From Eledone cirrhosa (lineage: Eukaryota), in contig OZ024741.1 of NCBI GenBank assembly GCA_964016885.1, positions 129,022,001-129,086,000 on the forward strand: a stretch of DNA of 64,000 bases. Direction: 5' to 3'. The position numbers were made by a program, and so were the translations under genes. Each line of letters begins with the position of its first letter. Position 1 is the stretch's first letter. Below are positions 52,149 to 64,000 of this stretch, piece by piece. The notes under the pieces are model-generated. The model was not told the origin of the DNA. It did not search any database and saw only the letters and a list, made by a program, of their open reading frames with translations.

Positions 52149-53286
52149 GTTAATGATGAATGTGAAAGTGCTAGCAACAGAACCCACTTGGAGTCTACAG
52201 CAGAAGGAAGTGTCACGGAGATGGAATTAACTACAAAGAATTTATCGGAATATTTTCCTAGAAAGCAACTTGAAGAATTACACAGACTAATTGAAAAATG
52301 TATATTTTTGTATCAACCAAGTGATATCTCTAGTAATAGTAGTAGCAGTAGTCATGACGAATTGAACCGGTTACTCATGAAGATCACCTCTGTTACTCAG
52401 ATCTTCTCAAAGAATGTTAAAACTGACTCCTTCAAGCAGTCTAACCTGGATTGTGATTTTGCTTGTCAAGTAGATTTAGGAGAGAATCTCGGATTTACGG
52501 CTGACAAGAGTGGAAAACTACCTCCAAGTACAATTGCTAGAAATGACAACTTGGGACCAAACACACCATCGGCAAGTGATAAAGAACTTTTGTCAAAGGC
52601 CGAAACTCTTCAGCTGAAGATTGAAGATTTAAGTGCCGAGAACAAGCTCTTGTCAGAGGAAGTTTTCCGAACGAAGGCCGAATTTGATTCTTTGTTGGCT
52701 GTGAAAGAAGAGCTTGAAGAGAAATGCCAGGTGTCTGAAAGTAAAACAAGTGAGCTGATTACCAAACTGGAAGATTATAAGACTGAAGTTAACTCCCTTC
52801 AAGAGAAGAATTCAGATTTAACTGTATGTCTGAGAAATCTCGAGACTTCTCTTGGTTCAGTTCAGGAATCTGAAGTTTCTTTGACCCAAAACATAGCTCT
52901 TTTGAAAAGTGAGAAAGAAGCACTAAACACATCTCTGCAGGAGAAAGACAAAGATGTTCAAGATCTGACAGAACGGCTGGAATCCAGCCATCAGGAAATC
53001 ATGAACCTGGAGAATATGCGTCGTACTCTTGAACAACAGCTATCGACATCTCAGCAGGAAAACTTGGGCTTCAAAGATCATTTCAATAAGCATGATGTTG
53101 AGGTGGAAGAACAGAAGCAGAGAGAGCTTGATCTCCTCGAGAAATTGTCCTCATCGAAAGAAGAAATCGCTGAGTTACAGCAGCAGATATCATCTGTAGT
53201 AGATGAGAAGAACGAAACACGGAAAATTGCTGCCCTTGAAGCAGTGAAGCTCAACGAAGATATTGCTGCATTAAGATGCAAAATTG
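52149..53286 (+). CDS. Coiled-coil gene large exon
   Basis: ttccag| and G|gtaagc, phase 0/1, within ORF 52074..53303, E/K/L/Q-rich heptads. Confidence 0.92.
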
Positions 53287-54634
53287 GTAAGCATTACCCT
53301 TGATCTCTTCTTTTTTTCCACTCTCAGAGAGGACCCTTCAGTTGTGTCAAGGGCATGACAACCTTGCTAGTGTTGGTGTACTACATGATAAATACACTCA
53401 GTACATTAAATTGATTGGTGATAAGAAGGGTAGTTAGCCGTAGAAAATCTATGAAACAAAGCATGTATGAAAGCCAGGACCCTCCTCTGTCCCAATGCTG
53501 GTGCCATGATAAAATGTGCCTAGTAGAGTGTGGGAACATATATAAGCAAGTAGCAGGTCCTTGGCCCATCTGAGAGGTCAGTAGCTCTGAATAAGTACTG
53601 ACTTTGTCTGTAATGACCTGTCCAATCATTGTTAGCTGGAAAATAGTGATGACCATTGTCTTATGCTCATTTTTCCCTTGTGGGCATGAGTTGGATGAGG
53701 CAGTTTTTTTCCTATGCCTCGGTAACCTTCCTAACACCTACCTATACTCTATTTCAAGCATAGATCATATCGCTGATCTTTGCAAAACTAGTAAGCTGTA
53801 GGATGTATCGTTTAAGCAGAACATAAACAAATGTCACTGCTTGCTTTTTAAACAGTATTAGTATAACGATGCAATGCCGAAGATGCATGTATGATGTGAC
53901 AGGCTTCCTACCAGTTTCCATCTATCAAATTCACTTAGTGGTCAACTTAAAGCTATAGTTGAAGTCATTTGCCTCAACATTCTCTCTATTGTTATTACAT
54001 GGATGGTGAAAGGCAGAATCTGTAGTGTGTTGACTGCATGACTGGTTGACCAGTACCTTAACTCTACTATCAACTAACTGTTGACCAGTACCTTAACTCT
54101 ACTATCAACTAACTGTTGATCACATGGCTGGTTGACAAGTACTGTAACTACCATCAACAAACAGTTGACCATTTAACTGGTTGTCCAGTATCTTATCACT
54201 CTTTTTTTTCTTTTTCTGGTTTCAGTCATTAGACTGTGGCCAAGCTAGGGTACCGCCTTCATTTAGTTGATCATAGCAACTCCAGTATTTTTTTTCTTTT
54301 TCAAATCTGGTACTTATTTTCTCAATTTCTTATTTGTTGAACAGAACACAGATACAAATGTAAACATAGATATGGACACACACGCACACGCACACACAAG
54401 AGAGAGAGACAGACACGATGGGCTTCTGTAGTTTCTATCATTAAATTCCATTCCCAAGACACTTTCCCAAGGTGCTCCACATAGCAGTAATGAACCCAGA
54501 ACTATGAGGTTGAGAAGTGAATTCGTTAACCACACAGCCATGCCTGCACTTGATGTTTGTACCACTTTGCTTTCATTTAGAAAATTTGTTTTACTCTTTT
54601 TTTTTTTCTTTTCTTTTTTGTTCTTTATTTCAAG

Positions 54635-57336
54635 CTGAACTGGAGGAGGGTAATTCTCAACAAATGAAGAAAGTGGTTGACCAACAAAGCCATCTAGAAG
54701 AAGTGAATGTTCAGCTTACTGAGCTGACTGCAGCATTTGAGAAAGCTCAAATAACTAACCAATCATTGACAAGAGAGAAAGAGACTGTCAACCAATGGAA
54801 TGTTTTGTTAGTGGGGCAGTTTTCAAAAATTGCTTCCCTTGTTACTTCAGGGCTTGGAGGAGAGGGTGATGGATTGAACTTGAGCACCATGTCAAACGAT
54901 GAAGATTTAGGAAAGGTTGAAGAAGTAATCAGTGAAATGTCCTCAAAGGTGATAAAACACAAAGAGAACTTGCTTCGGTTAGAGTCTGAGAATAAGTCTT
55001 TGGCTGAGGTACGTGTCCAAGAGAAAGAGGAAGCAGATAAGATAATGAAGGAAACATTTAATGAGATTGCTCGTTATCAGGAATGTTTGGAACTAAGTCA
55101 ACAAAATGTCAACACTTTACAGGCAGAGAAACAATCATTTAGTGAGAATCTAGAAGCAGCAGAAAATAACTGTAAAGCTAAAGAGTTGGAGATTGAGAGG
55201 CTAAATTGTGAAATGGACTCATTACAGATAAATGAATCAACCAAAGAACATTTTGCTGAGATGGATGCCCTTTTAGTCCAGCGCCAGCAAGAAATCAATC
55301 AACTCAATGAAGAACTGACCATCTTAAAACAGAACAATTCAAAAGAGCTTGCTATTCTGAGACAGAACATTGAAGAATTTGAAGAAAAAATTGAGGGAAA
55401 AGATGACTGTGTCAGAAATTTAACAGATCAGCTTGACAATGAGAAAGAGGTGGTCATTCAGTTGACACAACAGTCTGACTCTCGAGCTGAAGAGATTGAA
55501 AACCTCAAACTACACATATCATTTCTGCAAGAGTCTGGTGAATCAGTGAAAACAAATCTTGAAGAAAATTGCTCTATAATTGAGAAATATGAAAAAGATA
55601 TTGTAATGCTTAGGTCTCTTAATGAAGACTACCAACGGGAAATTGAGAAACTGACAGCAGACAAAAAAATGGTAGAGAGCAATTTTGAGGAATTAAAGTC
55701 CAATTATTCCTCTTTAGAATGTGATTACAGTGAACGTAAGCAGAGTTTAGACAAAATAGAGTCTGAGAAAAAACAATTGTTGGCTAAGCATGATGATTTG
55801 TTTAAAATGGTGGAAGAAAAAAATAAATTATTGCAAGAACTTGAAGAATTTCATAAAAAAGAAAAAGGAGACTTTCAAGAAAGCAATGAAAATTTGAAAA
55901 CCAAAACTGAGGCATTGGAATCTGAAAAAGCCCATATCCAAAATGCATATGACCAAACAGTACAAAGTTTCTTGTATAACCAAGAAAAAATGCATAAACT
56001 AAATGAAGACCATTTAGCACTGGAGGGTCATTTTAGAGTTCAGATTGAAGAATTGGCGCAAATAAAGAAAGAATTTGAAGACTGTAAGGAAACATCTTCA
56101 AAAAGAATAGCAGATCTAGAGAAGTCATTGCTTGAAGTAGAATCCAGTGCCTCTTCTGAGAAAGCAAGTATGAATAAAGAGGTCCAAGAGCTTTTGGCAA
56201 TGAAGGAGTCCTTATTGGTTAAAATTGAAGAGCTTTCTCGTAGCAGTGGTTCTGGTGAAGCACAGCTTTTGGCATCGAGAGAAGCAATGTCACAGGTATT
56301 AGGAAAAGCCAACGATGAGCTTGAAAGTTTCAAAGAACTTTGGTCAATTGAGAAAAATGAACTTTGTAATAAAATCCGAAGTTTGTCTGCTGAACTTGAG
56401 ACCTTGCAGCAGGAAAAGAATGGTTTGCAACATGAGGGAGGTATTTTACAATTGGAGAGAGAAAGTTTGCAACAGGGGAAAGAGAATTTGCAGTATGAGA
56501 TGGAAGGTTTGCAGTATGAGATGGAAGGTTTGCAGCATGAGAAAGTTGGGTTGCAACATGAGAGGGAAAGTTTTCAACAAGAGAAAGTTAATTTCCATCA
56601 GGAGAAATCAGGTTTGCAACAAGAAAAGGATGGCTGGCTGCAAGGACAAGAAAGTCTGGAACTACAGAAGAACAAGTTGTTGCAAGAGATTGAAGGTTTA
56701 CAACGAGAAAAGGATGGTTTCTTGCAAAAGAACAACAGTCTACAACAGGAGAAGGCTGTTTTGTTGCAGGAAAATGCAAGTTTGCAAGTAGAGGAAGAAC
56801 GGCAGGAAAAGGAAGTTAGCTTGTTGCAAAAGAACAAGGGTGTGCAGCAGGAGGAAATGAAAAATTTTGAGAAGGAAAGCTTACGTTGGGACAATGATGA
56901 CCTGGAACAACACAAACAGCAGCAGCACCAGCAAGAACAACTAGAAAATATTTTGCCAGCTTCAATTGCACAGACATATGAATTGAAGCACCAGGGTCCG
57001 AAAAGTTTTGAATCAAAGGATTTGAGTGAAGAACGCTTGGAGAGTCACATTAAGAGACCTCAAAGTGCTGAAGTGCCTTTAGAAAAACCTGGAGCAAAGC
57101 GCTGTGCTATTGCTGATGGCAGTAGTAGTGATGATGATAGAAATAGTGCAACTGTGAACAGCATTGAAAGTGACACCAGTGCCATGGAGGCCTTGAGAAA
57201 TTACAAGGACCAACTGGAAACAATGGCAGAAAAATATGAGATGGAGCTAAAGTATGTTCGTATGAACATCCTGCATGAATTGGCTGATGAGAAGGACAAT
57301 TTTGAGAAAGATCTCGAACAGAAGTACTCTTTGAAG
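54635..57336 (+). CDS. Coiled-coil gene 2.7-kb exon
   Basis: T-rich tract then caag|CT (phase 1 completes GCT from the previous exon), donor AAG|gtaagc. Within the 948-aa ORF. Confidence 0.93.
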
Positions 57337-57889
57337 GTAAGCTGTTCCGCTCCATTCAGTTAATTTTGTTTCGTTGTAATTTGAAAGATTTCTCCACTCG
57401 TAAGTCAGTCCTTATCAAGTAAACCTCATTGAGGTAGTATTTCTTATGGTTAGATGCCCTTCCTGATGCCAGCACTTAATTTTCAAGTATGGTGCTTAGT
57501 TCATTGATTTTTCACCTGTCGAACCACCACCCTGCAGTCCATAAACAAATGGTGCCAGTTGTTTTTAAGTGGTATTAACATGAACACATTTCTTGTTTTA
57601 TTCATTTCAGTCTCACAATGACCATGCTGGTGCACTGCTTAATTTATTCGGTCAAATCAACCCCAGTGGTTATTTATTAAAGTTTGGTACTTATTTTATT
57701 GAACCTCTAATGGATCATATACACAGACACAGGCACAAATGTAAACAGACATGAACATACACATAAGCATATTATCATCATCATTCGCATTTTAATGTCC
57801 GTTTTCCCTGCTAGCAAGTGTTAGATGGGTTTACATAGACCAAGTCAGTATACACACACACACACACGTACACATATATATATATCATC

Positions 57890-58905
57890 ATCATTTTACG
57901 TCCGCTCTTCCCTGCTTGCAAGGGTGGGACGGGTCCTATTCAACATCTCAATTTGTCACGGTCCTTCGTCATCTCCTCTGTGAGCTTCAGCAATCTGAGG
58001 TCAGCTCTCATCACCTCCATGATTTTCGTCCTCTGCCGTGTCTTCCTTCTACTAGGATTTCTTGGCACTTCTTAACCCAGCGGTCATCCTCCATGCGCAT
58101 CACATGTCCATACCAACACAGTCTTCTCTTCTGCACACTACAGCTTATCCCTCTTATACATATATATATATATCATCATCATCATCATCATCATTTTACG
58201 TCCGCTTTTCCCTGCTTGCAAGGGTGGGACGGGTCTTATTTAGCACAGCATCTCTCCACTCGTCACGGTCCTTCGTCATCTCCACCTTGAGCTTCAATGA
58301 TCTGAGGTCTGTTCTCACCACCTCCGCCCATGTTTTTCGTGGTCTACCTCTACCACGTCTTCCTTCAACTGGCATTTCCTGGCACTTCTTCACCCATCGG
58401 TCATCTTCCATGCGCATCACATGTCCATACCACCTCAGTCTCCTCTCCCATACACTACATTCTATCCCTCTCAGACACAGTTTCTCTCTCAACACATTCA
58501 TGCTGGGTCGTTCACGCACATTTACACTGCACATCTAACGGAGCATGCTTGCCTCATTTCTCTCCTGCCGTCGCATATCCTCTGCAGTTGCTGCCCATGT
58601 CTCACTACCATGCAGCATCGCGCTCCTCACACAGGCATCATACAACTGGCCTTTCGTACGCAGGGAGAAAACCTTTTTCGTCAACAGAGGAAGCAGCTCC
58701 CTAAACTTCTTCCAACCCGTCCTTATTCTAGATACTATGGCCTCGGAACACCCTCCTCCCATGCTAATCTGATCTCCTAGGTACCGGAAGCTATCCACCA
58801 CTTCTATAGCGCCCTCCTGCATCTGAAAAATGTGTCTATCAATGCGACTTCTATTGTCTAATTTCCCTTTACATCTACTGCATACATATTTCTCCCTACC
58901 TGTTA
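57890..58905 (-). mobile_element. Two tandem RTE LINE 3' fragments (57890-58155; 58190-58905)
   Basis: DSFRYLGDQI...MLHGSETW...RLRWYGHVMRM, each with an (atg)n tail. Confidence 0.88.
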
Positions 58906-59279
58906 GTTTGTGTATATATATATATATATATATGTATGTATAAGAGGGATAAGCTGACTCTACAACATATCATCATTATCATCATCATCATCATCACCGT
59001 TTTACGTCCGTTCTTCCACGCCAGCATGGGTTAGACGGGTTGTCCTGTTGTGGGCAGTGTCTGGTCGGCTGACCATGCCTTGCTCATACAGGAACTGATT
59101 TGGCTTGATTTCTACAGCTGGATGCCCTTCCTAAAACTAACATCATTGTTAGTGAGTGCTGGGTGCTTTTTCGTGGCGCCTACATGTCCACTTTACAGTG
59201 TGGGCTGGGTGCTTTTTTGCCGTGGCACCCCCATGACCACCTTGCAGTGGGAGGTGTGGGGGCATATTGTCTATATGCT

Positions 59280-60998
59280 TCAGCTTGTACCCATGGGAGG
59301 TTGGGTACTCTGTATTACTGCGTGACGCCAGAGGTCACGGTCGTGTGTCATCGCCTTTGAGAGGTGTAATTGGGTAAGGTCGGCTTTTATCACCTCATCC
59401 CAGGTCATCTTGGGTCTCCCCACTCCGCGGTTTCCATCGACTTCTAGTGCTCTGCACCTTTTTATGCAGCTGTCATCCTTCATACGCATCACATGTCCAT
59501 ACCAACGCATCCGCCTCTCCTGCACACAGCATTTGATTCCTCTTATGCTCAGTCTCTCTCTCAATTCATTTATGCTTTGTCGTTCGCGTATATTACTATT
59601 ACACATCCATTTGAGCATGCAGGCTTCGTTTCTCTCTAATCTACGTAAGTCTTCCACCTTCAGTGCCCAGGTCTCACTACCATGTAACATTGCTGTTCGG
59701 ATACACGCATCATACAGTCTGCCTTTCATTTTGAAGGAGAAGCCTTTTGCAGCTAGCAGTGGTAGTAGTTCCCTGAACTTCTTCCATCCCGTTCTTACCC
59801 TAGTTATTGTACTTTCTGAACACCCACCTCCGTTGCTAATTCGGTCACCTAGGTAGCAGAAGCTGTCTAGTGTCTCTACAGAGCCCTCCCAGAGATTGGT
59901 GGTACTTATTTCCTGTGGCTGTTTGCTGCTTGCTGTCCCAGTACAGCTGCTGCATGTGAAGCCTACATTCTTAATTAAGCTTCCTGAGATCCCGCTACAT
60001 CTCTTGTGTACCCATTGTTTGCATTTAGGGCATACTGAGCAAGGTCATTTCCCTGAGAGGATCTGGGTTCTGTTTTCTCGTCTACTTACAAGGACCTTAG
60101 TCTTTGTCATGTTGACTTTGAGACCCTTTCTTTCTAGTCCCTGCTTCCAAGTTTGGAATTTCTTCTCTAGTTCTACCATAGATTCAGCTATAAGTGCGAG
60201 GTCATCTGCATACAGGAGTTCCCATGGGCATCCGGTCTTAAACTCCTCCGTTATTGCCTGCAGGACTATGATGAACAGGAGAGGGCTAAGAATCAGCTAT
60301 AAGTGCGAGGTCATCTGCATACAGGAGTTCCCATGGGCATCTGGTCTTAAACTCCTCCGTTATTGCCTGCAGGACTATGATGAACAGGAGAGGGCTAAGA
60401 ACAGAGCCCTGGTGGACCTCAACCTGTACGCTAAATTCCTTGCTATACTCATTGCTAATCCTAACTTTGCTGACTGCTCTCCTATACATGGCTTGTACAG
60501 CTTTCAGAAGCCATTCATCTACTCCTAGTTTTCTAAGAGCCCACCAGATTACAGCACGTGGAACTCTGTCAAAGGCTTTCTCGAGATCGACGAATGCCAG
60601 GTAGCGTGGCTTACTTTTAGCTAGGTACTTTTCCTGTAACTGCCTCACAAGGAAGAGGGCATCAGTGGTGCCTCTTCCTGGTACAAACCCAAATTGCATC
60701 TCATCTAGTTTCACCCGGTGCCTAATCAACTGTGCTATAACTCTTTCTGTTACTTTCATGACCTGGTCCATCAGCTTTATACCTCTATAGTTTCCTCTAT
60801 CGAGTGCATCACCTTTACCTTTGTAGCAATTGACAATGATGCTACTGCACCAATCTTTTGGTATGACACCTTCTAGTATTACCTGGTTAACAATACGTGT
60901 GGTTATAGTGTGACCTACAGACCCAGATGCCTTCAGCATCTCGGCAGCTATACCCGATGGACCGGTTGCCTTCCCCATCTTCATATCTTTGATTGCCT
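59280..60998 (-). mobile_element. RTE LINE, 5'-truncated, covering the reverse transcriptase to C-terminus
   Basis: KATGPSG, NYRGIKL, QFGFVPGRGTTDA, FVDLEKAFDRV, QGSVLSPLLF, LLYADD. A 109-bp internal duplication breaks the frame. Confidence 0.95.
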
Positions 60999-61632
60999 TA
61001 TATATATATATATATATATATATAGTATTAAGGATACTATTTATGGTTATGTATATAATAAAACCTTATATAGTTATATATATTTTAAACCCTAAATAGT
61101 GGAAGACAGTAATTCATTACTATCTTATTACCAGTAAAATAAATAGCTCAATGTAATAACATCAGTTGTTTTACAGAGCAGTTATATAGAAATTACATGA
61201 ATCAAAGTTCAGTTTAAATCATTTATTTGCTTACAATTGTTTCCTCCAAACCGAGGTTTGGATTCTTCGGAGCAACTATTTAGTGATTTTTACATAGTTG
61301 ACCTCCTTTTCAACACAAGAGACATATAAAAACATATGTATATATTGACCCACAGTGGGTTGACATCCATCATAATAATATAATAATATAGCAATTTACA
61401 TACATTCATATTAAAGGACAAAATTAAAGTTAAAATAAATAAAAATAAAAAGAAAACATTGGCAGTTTATAGGATATCAGGGTATCTGTAAATTATAAAA
61501 GAACACGTTAAAAAATAATTAAAAATGGAAACTTAAAAATGTAATTATTTTTCCTATGTATTGCGACTTTTAATCACACAGCCATGCTTGCGTCTTGTTT
61601 ATTTATTTATTTATTTTTTTTGACATTTTCAG

Positions 61633-61830
61633 ATGGAATCGTATAAAGCAGAGAATGACCGAATGTTTATTGAGAATCTTCAGAAGGTACGTTCTGAGCT
61701 TGAGCTTAAACACCAGCAAGAGCTGAGAGAGTTACGTGTAAGTGTGATGAAGGAATGTCAGTCTATGTCTCCACAGGAGCTGGACACTAAGTTGTACAAT
61801 ATGATGCATGATTTGCATGCCGAGAACCAG
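61633..61830 (+). CDS. Coiled-coil gene exon (MESYKAENDR...HAENQ); gene continues beyond the window
   Basis: tttcag| and CAG|gtgagt, 198 nt, phase 0/0. Confidence 0.88.
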
Positions 61831-62279
61831 GTGAGTTTTCCTGCACTTCCTTTTAATTATATACCTAATACTTGTTTGATTTGATTACATGATTAACTCT
61901 TAACATCCTGTAATGTTTTAGCAGAAAATATCTAAAAACTGGTTACTTAACCCTTATGAAAAGATTGCCTATGATTTTTAGATAATTTTTCAAATAATCA
62001 AGAATTTGGAGGAATTTGGTAATATAACTAACTTTCTTATTATTAACCCGTTTGTTACCATATTTCTAATGAAAGAAATTGCCTATAATTTTCAAATAAT
62101 TTTGAAAATAACCAAGAATTTGAAGGGATTTAGTAATATATCTTTTTTATTATTAAATTTTTAGTTGCCATATTTCTAATGAAATCCTATTTGAAAGACA
62201 TTGCCTATTATTTTCAAATCATTTTGGAAGTAAAGAATTTGGTACGATATAGTAAAATAACTAATTTTCTTATTATTAA

Positions 62280-62500
62280 CCCTTTAGCATTTACATTACT
62301 CTATATATACTATTGTATTTTTGTGGTAAAGGCTTTATCTTACATAATTATTTCACATAATATCGAATCTATCAGATTTTGATGTTATTTATTTTGAGAA
62401 CAATACCTTAACATCAATATCAGTGGCCGGTTACTGCCGGTTTGAACAGTATGAGGTGAGAGAATTATGGCCGGATATGACTGGTTTAAATACTAAAGGG
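62280..62500. mobile_element. piggyBac-type MITE
   Basis: TTAA TSDs flank the TIRs ccctttagcattta / taaatactaaaggg. Confidence 0.75.
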
Positions 62501-62865
62501 TTAAGCAGGTGTTTCAAACATAACTTAACAAAGGTTCTTACATAATCATAATGGAATGTTTTTAGATAAATATAAATACATTAAAATGTTTGAAAAATTA
62601 AATGTATGCATGCATTACATTTTTTTTAATGATTCTTTTCTTTTTTCTTGGATGTTTTCTTTTGCTCTAACTTCAGTTATTGTTGATTGAGTTTGTTGAC
62701 ATATCTAACATGCAATATCTTCTAAATATTTTGCTTGAAAAAGTGATTTGTTTTGTAATACTTAAGAGGTTACCAGTTATTAAATGAAGCTTTTGAAGAA
62801 ATTCAGATGTTATTAAGGTTTTAGCATAAAAGTATACAAAGTCTGTCTTAAGTAGTGGACTATCA

Positions 62866-63055
62866 GGGCAGTGGATTGGCAGTATCGGTAGAGGGTCGGA
62901 CGCCATGCTTTGACGCATAGTTACGGTCCTTGCCATTCTGAGTTAAAATCCCGCTGGGGTTTACTTTGCCTTTCATCCTTACGGGGTCGATAAAATAAAG
63001 TACCAGTAATGCACTGGGTAATTGCTGGCCTTGTGCCAAAAGTAGAAACAATTAT
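62866..63055 (+). mobile_element. Nin-core tRNA SINE, full length
   Basis: Closely matches 6193-6382. Confidence 0.85.
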
Positions 63056-63631
63056 TTTATTAACCCATTTTATATATTTCTGTAATGTTTTAACAGAAAT
63101 TACCTAAAAACTGGTTTCTTAACCTTTTCATTTCTATATTTCTAATTAAATACATTGCCTATGATTTTCAAATAACTTTCAAATAATTTTCAAAATAATC
63201 AAGAATTTGGAAGGATTCAGTAACATAAGACATTTTCATTATTAATTGGAATGTAACTTAACAAAGGTTTTTACTTAGAATTATGATGGAACATTTTTAG
63301 ATAAATGTAAACAATTTAAAACAAACAGTTATGTATCACAGACCCAGGGGTGTTTCAGGCGGTGTGGTATGAAAAGGGTTAATCCTCTTTTGTCCAATTG
63401 AAAAACAAGGTTTTGATGATTCAATGCCGCTCAGATAGTTCATTAGTAACTTTCTGCAACCTTGCTCAATATAACATTTGACTTAGCTTGCTCTTAACTG
63501 TTCTACACCAAATGTTTTATGTATGGCTGTTCAGGCTTTAGTTTTCCTGGTGGTGACCATTTAATATTGTTACATTTGATATCATGTCCATTTCTATTCT
63601 GAATGGTGTGGCCAAACCATTTGAGCTGCCA

Positions 63632-63830
63632 GTCAGTACCAATACCACCTAGGTATAAGTCAGTACCAATATCACCTAGATATGTCAGTACCAATATCAC
63701 CTAGATATAAGTCGGTACCAATATCACCTAGATATAAGTCAGTATCAATAACATTAAGCTATAAGTCAGTATCAATATCACCAATATCACTTAGATGTTA
63801 CTCAGTACCAAGTCAGTACCAATACCATCA
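63632..63830. repeat. ~27-bp tandem repeat (gtcagtaccaatatcacctagatataa)
   Basis: cagtaccaata recurs, degenerating rightwards. Confidence 0.8.
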
Positions 63831-64000
63831 AGCTATATGTCACTATCAATGTTTTCTTGAACGGAAAAATGAAAAGAAAAAAGATGAAGAGATAGAGGAA
63901 AGATGGTGGTGAAATATAAGGTAGAGAAGAAAAGGAAAAAAGATGAGAGTGGAAAAGAAATACAACATAGCATATAGTCTGAAGCTCTACTGATTCTGCT

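Overview
Eukaryotic, AT-rich, repeat-dense animal DNA. The SINE, RTE and microsatellite content suggests a mollusc, probably an octopus (inference). The only clear host gene is a + strand multi-exon gene. Nine coding exons between 43595 and 61830 splice in frame to about 1700 aa of long coiled coil, with an AKAP9/pericentrin-like N-terminal motif. The start exon was not found and the gene runs off the right edge. The left 43 kb is intronic or intergenic. It holds a decayed Penelope-like retroelement, a 7.9-kb 27/29-bp minisatellite with higher-order structure, a 76-bp tandem array, a perfect 213-bp inverted repeat, a decayed ~6.1-kb autonomous-type Helitron (STPR-like repeats, HUH Rep, PIF1 helicase), several non-autonomous Helitrons, a DNA transposase relic, and many SINEs, MITEs and RTE LINE fragments. 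The most notable unannotated signal is a set of type I hammerhead ribozyme motifs from at least three unrelated repeat families: 24291-24358 is structurally intact, 39556-39600 sits in a foldback, and a four-copy family has its best copy at 48614-48649. No prokaryotic systems or CRISPR arrays are present, and most short ORFs in the track are repeat artefacts.
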